From assembly GCA_012295275.1 (NCBI GenBank), contig CM022674.1:2976001-3040000 (forward strand): 64,000 nucleotides of DNA. The letters are read 5' to 3'. Each line of letters starts with the position of its first letter. The first letter of the stretch is position 1. Both the position numbers and the translations under genes were made by a program. The stretch comes from Chrysomallon squamiferum (lineage: Eukaryota; Animalia; Mollusca). Below are positions 15,440 through 30,628 of this stretch, piece by piece. Below the pieces are notes generated by a model. That model saw nothing but the letters and a program-made list of their open reading frames with translations, was not told the DNA's origin and did not search any database.

Positions 15440-15525
15440 AGTTATATTGGTGTAATGGATTTAGCACGTTATTTGATTGGCCGCTTGTGCCTGTGATTGA
15501 GGGTCTAGGTTCTAACCACTTCAGA
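15440..15525 (+). mobile_element. tRNA-derived SINE head or tRNA pseudogene remnant
   Basis: A-box TGGTGTAATGG (15448-15458) followed by ttagcac, and a B-box-like GGTTCTAACC (15508-15517). No intact cloverleaf. Confidence 0.35.
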
Positions 15526-16761
15526 GGATGCTGTTGCACGTGAAAGTTGGTTGTTCTTTATCTCGTACGGGTAGTTGAGAGAGAAAGTTGATTGTACAGA
15601 TGTTCGGTGGGAATTGTTGTTAAGGTGGTTTGTTGAATGTTTTATTTGTCGTAAAATTTTATCTGGTGTATTTTTTTTTTTTTTTTTTTTTCAGGAAAGA
15701 GAGAAGAGAACAGAATAGAAAGAAAGTAAAATAAGAAAAAGAAAGAAAACGTTAAATGAACTAATAAATCAGTAAATAAAATAAATAAAATAAATAAATG
15801 AATAAATAAATAAATTAATTAAATTAAATAAATAAACAAAATAAAATAAAATGAAATAAAATAAAATAAAATATAATAATAAAATAAAATAATATAAATA
15901 TAAATAAATAAATAAAATAAAATAAAATAAATAAAATAAAATAAAATAAAATAAAATAAAATAAAATAAAAATGAATGAATGAATGAATAAATACAACAA
16001 AAATTAAAATAAATAAATGAAAACAAATAAAATAAAAAATAAAAAGAAGAAGAAAAGCTAAGCTGATAAAAAAATAAATAAATGTGTGTAAACAGAAAGA
16101 AATGTGTTTGTTAGTTTTATCTGACGTTTCGCAGTTTAAATTGGCGGTGAACATCGCCGTGACTGTGATGTCGACAATGACCACGATGTTGCTACAACCA
16201 CGTCGGTGGTGTTCACCACGTCAGCGCTGTCTTCACCTACGCCACGTCAGATCAAAGACGTAATCATTTCATTACACAGAAAACGTGTAATTAAGAGCAA
16301 TAAATAAAACTGTGAGCTATCTTTATTTTATTCTTTGACTAAGAATTAACGGAATTCAAATGCTACAATTAAGTCTTTAAAAAATATATAGTATAAAATG
16401 TTTCTCTGTGTTGGATGTTCAAGAGTAAAAAATGGGAAAATGTATTTATCTTCACTCCTAATGGACAACCTAGACATTATAATGTAGATCCTGCTGCCTT
16501 ACAATGATCGAAATTGACTGTGATAGTTGTAACTTTTATGTCTTCTTTCCAGTCCGATTTTTTTGCTCGTTAAAATTTGTTTATTAATTATTTTATACAC
16601 TGTTACTCATATGGGTCGAAAAAGCAGTTTTGATGTCCGTGCAGAGGTTTAAAAGAGCTTGTAAAATCAAATTAAAAACAACAGAAGAAAGAAAAAAAAT
16701 TAACGAAAGTCATCAAACACAAAGAGATTATTTTGTGTTTCATATAATGTCTGTCTGACTG

Positions 16762-16870
<109 letters not shown>

Positions 16871-17099
16871 CTGCCCTTAACTTTAAAAAAAAAAAAAAAA
16901 CAAACAAAAAAAAACATTACAACTGATAAACAACCCCCACAAGGATTAGCACAAAAAGATCGATTCCAGTCGGAACAATTCTGCCAACGAACGCGTTATA
17001 CGAAGCAATGACGATTACAGACCCAACGGCGCGAAATGGCACGAAGCTCTCCCGTTACAGGTGGTGGTTATACCTGCTGGGTTTTTTTTTTTTTTTTTT

Positions 17100-17329
17100 T
17101 CGCCGACCAATCGCAGACAAGGATCGATCGATACGCTAACTGCGCTGCTAGTCTAAGCGCGGGCTCTGAACCAGTAAGAAGTGAAACGGCTCGCGTGCAG
17201 TGATTTTTGTGGCAATTTTAAAACACACTGGTTTTTACTCGTGATCAAGGATTATACGTATTCCCCCCCCCAGTGACTGTAATTAACGGAATATCACGCT
17301 GATTAACAACAGTGCTGAAAAAGGTAAGG
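17100..17329 (+). promoter_or_regulatory. Candidate promoter and short first (non-coding) exon
   Basis: NF-Y-type GACCAATCGC (CCAAT 17107-17111) after a poly(T) tract, CpG-rich context, an Inr-like CCAGT ~60 bp downstream, and a strong donor AAG|GTAAGG at 17323/17324. Confidence 0.3.
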
Positions 17330-18306
17330 TTTTTATACGTGTGTGTGCTCCTTAGATTAAAACTGTAAGTATAAAATGATTGTTGTTTGTGACAGAAAAC
17401 GAGGCTTCCACTTTGAGCGGTAGAAATAGTTTCTTATGTTGTCCGTACGATTTGAAAAGAAAACCTGTTCTGACAAAAAAACTGGAACATTTTATTTTAT
17501 TTTATTTTATTTATCTCTCTATCTATCTGTCTATCTATCTATCGTTCTATCTATCTATGTGTCTATCTATCTATCTGTCTGTCTGTCTATCTGTAATAAA
17601 TATTTTATAATTATATATTGTAATTTCAACTGGTTGAAACATTGTTACGTTTTGTTAAAACAAACAAACAAACAAACAAACAAACAAACAAACAAATAAA
17701 TAAATAAATAAACACCACCACCACCACAACAACAACAACAAAAATAAAATAATAATAATAATAATGATAATAATAATGATGATGATAATATTTAAAATAA
17801 TGTTTACCAATGATTATTCAGGCTTCATACATTTACTAATTTTTACTAGTACAGTGTTTAAAATACGTACATATTAACACGTTTAAACTGAACAGGAAAA
17901 AATAACAAAATATCTTACAATATGTACATCTTCTTCCTTGTACTAAATGTAGATTATCATGAGACCAACGTGTCCTGTATGTATATACATTACTGTTCTA
18001 GATTCAGTTTTTCATATTTTATGTTTTAACTTGCACGAAGAAAATGGCACCGTCATATGAGATCGCGATAAACTCCGCACAAAGAGATTGTTCGGTGTGA
18101 TGTTTTACGAATACGTAATTCAACCGATAAAGACACGTTATATCAGAAACGGTTATCTGGTGTCAGATACTGACTGTTTTGTTGTTCTTCTTCTGTTGTT
18201 TTTTTCTAAAAAAAAAATAGTTAATACTCTTGTTATCGTTGTTAATATTTGCACAAGTACAAACACGCACACACAGGTATATGTAATATATATGGGCTTA
18301 TACATG

Positions 18307-18359
<53 letters not shown>

Positions 18360-19757
18360 ACACATATATATACACACACGTAATACATACACATATACAT
18401 ACGTACTTTCATCAAGAGATTATTTCCAACTATTTATCACTTTTAAAGACAACGCACAAAAAAGAATGAAAACGATGTAAACTCTTTTTCACCTACAGTG
18501 AACATTCTGTCGTCTTTACTATTGGACTGTCAGTGACTTCACAACCAGTTAGAGCTCTCATCATGAAGCAATGGTTAATTATTAAGTACGTCTGTGCACA
18601 TGTGTGCGTGTGCGTGCGCGTGCGTGCGTGTCTTATTGTGGGCATGCGTATGGGCGTGTGCTTGAATCTGTGTTTGTCTTAATGCATACGTTAGTGAAGT
18701 TACCATGAAATATGTTTATACTTGCACGAAGGTGTGTTTACACAGCAGCACAGATATGCATGTCTAGGTTTACACGTGACGTATATTTATGTGTCTTTAT
18801 ATCAGTACAGATGTAAACAGGTATATATTATACACACACACTCACATACAGATAAATACACACACGCAAGCAGCTATATATGTACACATATCACACACAC
18901 ACACACATATACATATATATAGATATACATATCTATATATATATACATACAATATTCATACATACATACATACACACACACATATATATATATACATACA
19001 TACATACATATACATATATATATATACATACATACATCATATACATACATACATACATACATACATACATACACACACATACATACATACATACACACAT
19101 ACATACATACATACATACTTACTTACATACATACACGCATACGCGTGTATCTTTCTATTCAGAATGTTTTTTAATGAAAACATTTTTTTTTACACCTGTT
19201 ATCCTTCTGCACAGACGTCAATTATCTTTCATTGACGTTTCTCAGCCAGATTGCTTTCCGAGCCGTTTAAACTGAATTACTTCATATCTAACAGACTGCT
19301 TCATTTTAACTCCAGCATGAAACTCAGTGAAATTCAGAAACAGAGAGAAGAGAATGCGTTTTGTTGCCGTTTACTTTACTTTGCAAGTAGATGATCGATC
19401 TTCATTTTTACACACACTAGATATGTTTCATTTGGTGTCCTTCGCTTTAGGTTCTTGAGTATAAGACAAATATTGGAACTCGATCGTTTTACAGAAGCTG
19501 AGGTGGGAAATGTGTCGGCTTACTTGGTAGAGCTGTAAGGACTCGAGTAATCTCTTTGAAATGGTTTGAAAACGATGTGAAATAATAATTGTTCCGACGA
19601 GTGTTTGGTTTGTTGTGGGAAAAATATCGTATATCGTGGGAAATAATGTTTCCAGTCTCTGATTTAGTTTTTTAAACTGATTATTTGGTTTACTGTTTTT
19701 ATTTTATTATTATTATTATTTTTTTGTCGCTTAAAAAAAAAAAAAAAAATATATATA

Positions 19758-19789
<32 letters not shown>

Positions 19790-19791
<2 letters not shown>

Positions 19792-19970
19792 TTGCTAACA
19801 GAAAAAAAAAAAGTAATCCATGAAGCAACAACACGTGTTTTCTCTCTCGTAATCTGAGTGTGTATATGTAGGCGGAGGGGGTTGTCTTTAGTCATGTGAT
19901 CTACGCCATATTGCCGTTTATAAATAACTTCGCCGAAAGGTCTTTAAATAAAATAAGGTTCCTTCCTTTA
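19790..19970 (+). mobile_element. Degenerate SINE 3' half (same family)
   Basis: ttgctaa..aaagtaatccatgaag..gttttctctctc..acgccatattgccgt..ttaaataaaa..ttccttcct follows the order of the remembered SINE 3' region, including its TTCC tail. Confidence 0.45.
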
Positions 19971-20514
19971 CCTTCTCAATTTTTTTAATTTTTACTTATT
20001 ATTATTATCATTATTATTATTATTATTATCATCATCATTATTATTCTTTTAAGAAAATGATTTCAGAAGGAACTTCTCAACCGAATCATTCTCTGTTTTG
20101 AAAAAAACGTATTTTCCTCCATCTTGGCGAGATCTCGGTCTGTTTTATCTCTTTGACATTATTTACACTTTCACCTCCGGAACCGAGTCGTGATAAATTG
20201 TGAAAAAGCCCACCTGACTTGTCCAGAAAATAGTTAACGACGACAATAATTACATCAGAATGTAATAAACTAGCGCAACGTGAAACGATAAAAAAAAAAA
20301 ATATTCTCAAAGATGTTTTTGCAGTGCAATATGATACTCTAGACCTCCGTAGTTATCTGTTTACTGATGACAGAGATATATACCCTTCAGTTAGAGAGAC
20401 AACAGATAGATGGACGGTTGGATAGATATATAGGTAGATATATAGGTAGGTAGATAGACAGATAGATAGACAGATAGACAGATAGGGAGGTACAGAGAAT
20501 GAGAGAGAGAGAGC

Positions 20515-20624
<110 letters not shown>

Positions 20625-21084
20625 ATATAAATATGGGCTTATGTGATATAATAATGTAACCTTTGTTATTCGGAACAATATCAGTTATGTTTAAATTATG
20701 TTTATCAGAATAATACAACACACTTGAAACGTATTTCATTTAGTCGGTGATATACTTCACGAATATTCTACAATCATAATAAACACAATATATTTCATAT
20801 ATATATATATATGAATTATATTCCTTTATATATCCGAACTATGTTCTATACTTATACCACACGTATTCCTGCACGCATATATAATTGATATATTATTGTA
20901 CTAACTGACGACGTAACGTAATCGACGTGTTTTTGCGAACAGTAATAACATCAGGTGTGTAATAACGAGCGGTAAGTCACCGGCGCATACTTGAACTCTA
21001 CTGCTCGGTATAATCTGATATGCTTGATGTTCTCTCAACCTACGACCTCTGTTGCATGCTTTATGTTCGCCGCGCGAAGACGCA

Positions 21085-21125
21085 TTGATTGCGTAAGTGT
21101 TGAGTGTGCCGTTAAAATAAAATAA
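21085..21125 (+). mobile_element. Probable SINE 3' tail remnant followed by an (AAAT)n tract
   Basis: gtgttgagtgtgccgttaaaataaaa resembles the remembered tail GTGTTGAGTGCGTCGTTAAATAAAA and runs directly into A-rich repeats. Confidence 0.35.
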
Positions 21126-21156
21126 AATTAAATTAAAATAAATAAAATAGATAAAA

Positions 21157-21187
<31 letters not shown>

Positions 21188-21744
21188 AATAGATAAAATA
21201 GATAGATAAATAAATAAATAAATAAATAAACAATGATGACGGTAACGATCATGATATTTTTGACATTACGGTACTACTACTACTGCTACTACTACAACTA
21301 CTACTACAACAACAACTACTACAACAACAACAACAACAACAACAACAACTGCTACTACTACTGCCAGTAACATTCAGTAATATAATGGTAATATTCACGG
21401 GGCTCTGTGACACAGCAGTTTATTTTTAAAAGTACTCTGTAAAAATAGATCCAATTCGAATACTCCCCTCTTTTAAACTGAACAATAGTTTAACAAAATC
21501 AAAAATTCCATGCTGTCGTGCTGTGACAAACGTTTATCACGTGATCTCTGTAGTATTACTCACTCTATGACAATACCTCTTGTATATACCAACACATCAG
21601 TGTCTCTTAAAACTGATAAAACAAACAAATGATTAAAGAAACTCCACGATTTAAACTGTGGTATCATACACAGTGTGAATATCACATAATTCTGAACGTC
21701 CGTTAGTAGCGTACCACACATCATTTCACTTCACTGCACAGTGC

Positions 21745-22419
21745 TAAACTATACTATCCCATACTATGCTATACTAAACAATAGTACAATACACTATATA
21801 TATATATACTATACTACACTGTGCTTTGCTAGACTTTACTATACAATATTATACTGTACTGTACTCTGCTATGCTATACTTACACTACACTATACTATAC
21901 TGTAGTATACTGTACTGTGCTAAACTACACTGTACTATTCTACACTGTACTGTACCATGCTGTACTGTACTATATAATACTACACTACACTATGCTCTAT
22001 CATACTATACTATTCTGTACTGTACTACACTTCACTACGCTATACTGTACACTACCATGCTATACTATACTATATCATACTATACTATTCTATACTGTAC
22101 TACACTACACTATACTAAACCGTACACTATTCTGTACTACACTATACTATACCATGCTATACTATACTATATCATACTATACTATTCTGTACTGCACTAT
22201 ACTACACCGTACTACACTGCACTATGCTATACTGTACTATACCATGCTATACTATACTATATCATACTATACTATTCTGTACTGCACTATACTACACCGT
22301 ACTACACTGCACTACGCTATACTGTACTATACCATGCTATACTATAGTATATCATACTATACTATTCTGTACTGCACTATAATACACCGTACTACACTGC
22401 ACTACGCTATACTGTACTA
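21745..22419. repeat. Pentamer (ACTAT/ACTGT/ACTAC) satellite ending in three 90-bp higher-order repeats
   Basis: accatgctat starts units at 22151, 22241 and 22331. The three units are nearly identical. Confidence 0.9.
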
Positions 22420-23126
22420 AGCGAATGTCTGACGTGTACTGGTTACTTTGTAATTGCTTTGTCTCGTTTCGTGTTTCATCTCGTAACTGGTTCGCTCATC
22501 ACTGCTGCACTTTTCCTTTTCTTTCTAATTACCGCTGTTACAACGAGAAGAGACAGATGAAATTACAATTTGTTTTAATACAACGATAAGACACGATTGA
22601 ATCTCCCAGAGGTAATTAGAGAAGACTCACGTAGTCTGTGAGGTTTTTTTTTATAACAGTGAAACAAGAAAAACAGAAAAATAAATTATACGAATAAATA
22701 GTCGTATGTGAGGACACACAAAAATTCATTTTAATATTAATTATTAGTATCATTAGGTGTGAGATATGATTTGTAATAATTGACAGTGACACAGAGTGAA
22801 TGAATGAAAGAAGGAATGAAGGAAGGAATGCATGAATGAAGGAAGGAATTAATGCATGATGGATCGACGAATGAATTATCGCTCTTTCCTCGCATGAGTG
22901 ATTTATGATAATCAGTGTGTAAGCTTCGCTGCTTAGGGACATGTGCGTGCAACAGATGCCTTGATGCGAAAAAAAAAGAAGAAGAAGAAAGAAAAGGTAG
23001 CCATTGACCATTGCACATGAGTAGATTTGTTTTCCCTCACTGAATATAACGTCCTTACCTGTATGAATAACACCATTTAATCACAGGTTATTTGTACTAC
23101 TACTACTACTACTACTACTGTTGTTC

Positions 23127-23200
<74 letters not shown>

Positions 23201-23699
23201 GCTACTACTACTACTGCTGCAGCTGCTAATAATAATAATGATGATGATGATGATGATGACAATAACAATAATGACGATAATGATAATAATGATGATGACG
23301 ATAATGATGATAATGACGACAAACGATAAAGAATAATAATAAACCAACAAGAAAAGCAAGTATTGTTATTATAAAAAAAAAAAAAAAAAAAACTCAAGAC
23401 AATCTAACCCGATACTTTCTCTAAAATACGTTTTTTTACGTGCTTGTACCTAGCTGAAGAAGAGAGTTTTAATGTGTTTTGAAAAAAAAAAAAAAAAAAA
23501 AGAAGAAGAAAAAAAAAACTATCTCTGTGATTCACGAGTTAACATCAAAGAGACTGGAGAAACTTTAAAACTGAAAATATTCGTCAGTTTAGCGTTGGAA
23601 CCCGACTCCATCACGTGTTAACTTAACAGGCGTGCTTTATTGTAATGTTCAGAAAGCATAAATTAGCAGAGAAATCACAACACCTCGAAATTAAAGAAA

Positions 23700-24100
23700 G
23701 ATGATGATGATTATGATGCTGAAGACGATGATAACGATTATGATGATGATGTTGATGATGGCGATGGTGATGATAGTAATGATAATGGCCATGATGATGT
23801 GATGATGATTACTGAGATTATCATTGCGATTTTGAAGATGATGAAGACGATAATGATAATGATGATGCTGTTGATGATGGCAATGACCATCATGATGATG
23901 ACGGCGATGTGATAATATTGATGATAATGGCCATGATGATGTGATTATGATTACTATGATCATCATTGCAATTCTGATGACAAAACGATTTGATAATAAA
24001 GAATATGACGATGATGTTGTTGATGACGATGACTGATGATGATGGCGATGACGACAACGACGACGATGATGATGATGATGGCGATGATGATGAAAATGAA
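23700..24100. repeat. Degenerate (GAT)n/(GAC)n array with an internal ~60-70-bp duplication
   Basis: gataatggccatgatgatgtgat..gattact..at(t/c)atcattgc occurs at 23781 and 23923. Confidence 0.8.
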
Positions 24101-24339
24101 GTCGTAGAAGAGACTGCGATCGACATCGTAGTGCTAATGTCTGAACATTAATTTCTGTTCAGACGAAACCGCTGATATATTAGGGAAGACTGAAACGGTT
24201 AAAGGGCACACAAACTGCCAAGTTAAAATCTTTTCGTTTTGATATCGCCAGGCTAAATGTCAGTGCATTCACAAGTTATGAATATTCAGAAATTTCATTT
24301 GTTTCACTTGTCAGTATCTTGTCAGATATTGTAGAATTT

Positions 24340-24377
<38 letters not shown>

Positions 24378-24819
24378 TTTTTGTTTTTTTGTTAATATTT
24401 TTTTATATCTCTTGTTCAGATCACTATGACTAATAATTACTAGATTTGAAGAATGTTTGAATTTTAAATTAAAAGAAATAATAATGTAAAAAAAAGAAAT
24501 AGTGGAGAGAAAAAAAAAAAAAAAAAAATAAGAATAAGAATAAGAATAATAATAATTCTTTGCTTCAGAATAATCTGTTTGCCAATGGTTTTCATGTTTT
24601 TCATTCATTTTGCTTAAAGATGTGTGTGTTTGTGTGTTTTAAATGCCTAAATCAAACCGTAGATTTATATCTCTTTATTATTTCATATATAATTACACTA
24701 TCACACACACGCACCTATACACACACAAACAAACATATATACGTATACCCTCACTTACCCATACATACACGCACACACAAAAAACACACTTCGAACATTC
24801 ACACGAAAGGTACGCACAC

Positions 24820-24896
<77 letters not shown>

Positions 24897-24953
24897 CTCA
24901 CTCTCTCTCTGACACAACCACACACACAGAAACTCTCTCTCTCTATCTCTCTC

Positions 24954-25071
<118 letters not shown>

Positions 25072-25722
25072 AGAAAAAAAAACAACCCATTATGACATAT
25101 TAAACTAACACTGTTGTATACTCCACAAACTCCACAAAGTGCAAGTGACAGTTTTTGTTAACGTTCTTCCCATGGGGATCGTGTTCTTCTCTTTTGTCTG
25201 CCAGTATACTTTTCCTTGCAACATGTCTACATTGTTAAGGATTAATCAAATCACAAAAGAACCACTTTACTGCAGATTAAAAACTGAAAGGAAGCTGTCT
25301 CGTCTAGAAAGTTAATTATCAGCGTGCTCGTAATTCAACCGCCATTAATGAAAACGGAAATTCCGGGCTTACGGCCGCCAGTGTTAGGAGAAAGCCTATT
25401 GATGATTGGCTAATGAAAACGTAATTAACCAATCAATCAAACAGTTATTAGCGACGCAAAAACAGTGATTGTTGCAGAAACTGACGAGGATGGTACCTGC
25501 TCTATTCAGGTCGTTAAGGAATCTTTGTTTTAAAAAAAAATAATAATAGTATGTATATATATATATACACACACACACATACATACACAAGACAGAGCAA
25601 TTTTAGACTTAAAATTCAGTTCAGAAACGTCCGATCTAAATAAATTACCTAGAAGTAGATTCAAATCTTGTATTGATGAAATTAAAATTTTATTGTTTTA
25701 TCTAGGCCTATTAAAATAACAG

Positions 25723-25754
<32 letters not shown>

Positions 25755-27014
25755 TGTTGTAAATATTTTTAACTCAGTAGGTGTAGGAGAAAACTGGTCT
25801 TTGACAATAATGTTCTCAGGGTTTTTGTATTAAAAAAAAAAAAAAAAAATTTTTTATTATTTTATTGTATTTCTTCCATGTCTTGAACAGAAACGTCAGG
25901 GGAGATGAGAAGTTATTTTCTGTACAGACTAGCTTGACCAGCTCTGTGGTGGAAATTGCCCAAATTCCCCACGTGCACGTGCCAAACATATCAGACCTCT
26001 ACACTCTACTTGGAAACCGCAATTACAGTGCACCACTGTCTCTGAATTTCTCTATCTGACGTGCCCTTCTGAGTCAGGCAGCGGATTGTTAATCACTGTA
26101 ACGATTCATAATTTGACTTCGTTTATGAGTCTAGATCCCAGATTCCTTTGGCGCAAGCGATAATGAAATATAATTTGTGTATCGCAAAGGCAAGAAGAAA
26201 ATGGTCTTCATAGCTTTCACAATTACGTTAGACAATCTTTGTCTTATTCGCTATTCATTATTATTTTATTTACCTTTCATTTCAGAAAGTAACTGTTCTG
26301 ACTGCCTGTTAGCATTTTTGATTTTTATCTGTTCAACAGAATGGATACAGTAACACTCAGTGTTTCTTAAATTTTCAAATTGTTCTTTCAATTTTGTTTT
26401 TTAATTTACAAGCCTCATTAACATTCCTGTTTATCTTAGATTCGTTTGCAGGTCTTTAACGAATTAACCAGTTTAATAAATCAAAAGCTACGAATACAAA
26501 TTCTTGCTCCAAAGCTTCCTTACGTTTTTCTCAGTCTTTGCAGAAATTAGTTCGTTCACATTGTAATAAAGACTCGCAGCAGGCAAGAACAATTTGTGAT
26601 TATAACTAAGACGTCTTGCGTCAAATTTTGCTTAATTAACTCTCGACAGCACTGATTGAAAAAACTCAGCCTTCATTGGATCACTTCAGTGACGTTGTTT
26701 ATGTAACACGCCGCTTGTCAAATAAATATAGACAGACTCTAATCTACTGGCAATTACTGCTGTCTGTGGCTTGACAGGGTCGCGGGATCAATACCGTTCG
26801 CCCGCGTCAGTTTGTCTATTTCGTGTCTGCATTATAAGACCGGTGCATCGGAAGACATGATACGTAATTTCCTGGTTGTATTGGATGTCGCATGTAAAAC
26901 GTGTCTCACTGCCAGCTGAAGAGTCGTAGAATATTGTTGTATAATGCAGGTTTCACTCTCTTCGCACAGTCGTTTAGTATTTATATATGACATCACGTAA
27001 CTGAAAGTACACGC

Positions 27015-27074
<60 letters not shown>

Positions 27075-27165
27075 GAGAGAGACACACAAACACACACATT
27101 CATCTAGTTTCGCTACTCAAGAGCTAAAATCGTTATTTTCCTGGTGCATGGACTGGGTGCCAGTA

Positions 27166-27356
<191 letters not shown>

Positions 27357-28222
27357 ATACATGCACATACACACATTTACACACATAAGGATGATGATGT
27401 ACAAAATTCAGAATATCTACGACAGAAATAACGAAATAAACAAACGGATGAATGATAAAAAACGCGCGAAATCGAAATAAACAAACATAGAAGGAAAACA
27501 AGCTATAACCTAGCTTTCATGAGTTCATTTTAAAAATCTTTAATATATATTTTTTTGTTGCTGATAACTAACACAACTGAGCTCCCTGTCAGATAAGACT
27601 GGAATGGGCAATAAAGAAGTGATGTTTTCAATAAAACTGTTATTTGTTATTACTTCGCTGTTTTTCAGTTTATCTTAGATCAAGATTTACTGATTGCACA
27701 GTTGGTTTATTTGATATATCAACACACAATTTATTTATTAATTCGGTCAGAGACAGATTGATCAATGTTGCTCGTCAGAATGCGAAATATTTATTTTTAT
27801 TTATATTTTTTAATTTTTGTTTTAATATTGTTTATTTGTTTATTACTTGTTTGGTAGGCTGGCTTGTTTGTTTGTTTGTTTGTTAGTATACCAGTAAACA
27901 ATTTCATTTAGTATTTCAGTCACCGATGTATTACTGATGATGCTATTATGAAAGCGAAATATTTTATTAATTAATTAATTAATTAATTTATTTATTTATG
28001 TATGCATTTATGTGTTTGATCGATTGTTTCTATACTCATTTGTTGTTGGGTTTTTTGTTGATATTTTTACTACTACCCCGAATACTAATGCTACTGCGAC
28101 AACTACCACTACTACTATTACTGCTACTGTTACTATTACTAATACTAATACTACTACTACGGCTATACTACTCTTCTATCACTGCTACTACTATTACCAT
28201 TGTTACTGCTACTACTGTAACA

Positions 28223-28260
<38 letters not shown>

Positions 28261-28321
28261 CGCTATATCCATCATATAATTTTATTTCTTCGTTTTACAC
28301 TTCGTAAACATACTGATAACA

Positions 28322-28740
28322 TACTCCAGCATTAGAACTAATACAACGTCTATTAATCACTCAGTTATATTTATATAAAAAAAAAAAATTAACACGATCG
28401 CCAAAATCTCGTTTATCTCAGTCGAATTCTCATGCAGGAAGCGACAAACTATCCCGTAGCTTAATATTTGTTGACGGGATACGTCCAATGTTATAATTCA
28501 GTGACGGAGTGCTTATTGCGAGCCCACACGTTAACATTCTGCAGATGGAACCCGTGTTGTGGAGTCTCTGCAGAGTTCTAATTCAGTTATCATCTAGTAA
28601 TAGCGCAAAACGGCTCAGAAACGAATTAACTTGAATAACAAAGAGCGATATGCGGGGCCAAACAATGTAAAAACATCCCGATAACTCGATCAGTGACGAA
28701 TAATTGGATTGTCGACAATAAAACGTCAGAGATGTTATGC
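28322..28740 (+). repeat. Left arm of a diverged long inverted repeat
   Basis: 28431-28537 matches the reverse complement of 31151-31256 at 90/107 positions (hand alignment). Weaker similarity extends to ~28322 and again appears at 28684-28740. Confidence 0.85.
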
Positions 28741-29155
28741 AGTGAGATACGAAATCCACTCGTAAAATACAATAGTGTTTAATACTGCGTGCGCTGTTTG
28801 TAATAAACTGCCAACTGGTATAAAAATGTCTCCGTAATTTGTCAGTCAGTCAGTCCGTCTGTCAGTTTGTATGTCTGTTCGTTTGTTAGTCCATCAGTTG
28901 TCCGTCCGTATATACTTATCTTCTTATTTCAGCCCATTCCTTCGTTATTCCGTCTTCTTTTAATGAAAGGTTACAGGCTGTTATCTGTCGATCAGTCTTT
29001 CTCTACCTGTCGTTGTGGAAATACCGATAAATCATTACCAAACTAACCTGCCTGCCTGCTCGTTTGCAGGCAAATAAACACAAACACGTGTGGAGAAACA
29101 TATTCTTAAGTTTATGGAAATAGACACAGAGAGAGAGAGAGTGATAAGAATTAGA

Positions 29156-29263
<108 letters not shown>

Positions 29264-29405
29264 GTTAAAGATAGAAAGAGAGGTGCAGAGAGATTGAAAA
29301 AGAAAGAGAGATAGAGAGAAAGAGTGCGAGTGAGAGAGAGAGAGTTTCTGTGTGTGTGTTTGTGTCAGAGAGAGTGAATGCGTGTGTGTTTGTGTGTGTG
29401 TGTGT

Positions 29406-29504
<99 letters not shown>

Positions 29505-29702
29505 GAGACTTTTATAACAGGCATAATTTATCAACACTTAATTATACTGTTCTGACAATATCTAATCTAGCCGTACACTTAACTTAATATCTAATCTGAC
29601 ACACACTTAACTTTCATTTACTTTCTAAGTATAGAAACTTCATAACAGGTGTCACAAGTTTCTTTGTTTGTCGAATCACTCTTCACCGACTGTTATAACC
29701 CA

Positions 29703-29760
29703 CAGATACCCAGACACCCAGACAACCAGACACCCAGACACCCAGACACCTAGACACCCA
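29703..29760. repeat. Octamer tandem repeat (CAGACACC)x7
   Basis: Direct reading. Confidence 0.9.
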
Positions 29761-30318
29761 GTCGGTTCAACTCTCACAAAAACACTGAAATTAGGTGCTA
29801 CATATACAACCGTGAAGATAGCATCTATGGGTGTGAAACTACACCTTAAATATTTATCTGGAATATTTACGTAAACTTTTATACCTGTTAAACAGGTGTA
29901 GTATTTTTCTTTTATACCCGTGTAAACGAAATTTTTATGTTTTATTTGCTCTGATAAAACTTTCTGATTTATATATCCGGTGGTTAAAACGAAATAAAAA
30001 TAAAGATTTACCCGATTTAGAAAAAGAAAGTTGTTATCTAGAGAAATGAAAAGGTATAAAAGTTAAAAAAAAAAAAAAAGAAAAGGAACATGTTGTTGTT
30101 TGGTTAATTAAAACGAGGGAATGAGAATGCGTTGATATATTAAGAGAGAAAAATAATATTCAGTAGCATTAATAGGAAGAAAATGGAACGAGAAAGAAAT
30201 TTGGATTTCTCCTGAAACCACACAGAAATTTAGCTGAAACATATTCATAAGAGAATAGGGTTTTCTATTTTGTGAATTTACTTACATTATATGTACTTTG
30301 TAGAAAGTGTGCGAGGGC

Positions 30319-30385
<67 letters not shown>

Positions 30386-30544
30386 TGTGTAGGTATGTTC
30401 GAATGTATGTATGTATGCAGTTTTAGGATTTTTATTATTCTCTGACTTATATGTACGTCTGAATAGACTCTGCACATAGAAAATATTCGGGAACGCACTG
30501 GCGCAGGAGGACAAAGTTCAATCACGACCTCACAAACCCGTCAG

Positions 30545-30628
30545 ATGCCGCTGACGAGACTCGAACGTATGACACCCATTCGCCCGCACTCCAATTGCGA
30601 AAGTACGTTACTGTTCAGCCATCGACAC
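30545..30628 (-). mobile_element. tRNA-derived SINE head remnant
   Basis: The minus strand has an A-box-like TGGCTGAACAG (30621-30611) and a B-box GTTCGAGTC (30566-30558) in a GC-rich patch. The T-stem does not pair. Confidence 0.3.

Noticed and set aside
24000-24150. Asp-rich reading frame (DDDDGDDDENE...) resembling acidic shell-matrix proteins
   Set aside because: It derives from the (GAT)n array. There is no signal peptide, start or splice support, and stops occur nearby.
27600-27626. miR-1-like TGGAATG...TAAAGAAGT; also miR-190-like at 19419 and miR-31-like at 7630
   Set aside because: Each has internal indels or only a seed-length match, and no precursor hairpin is evident.
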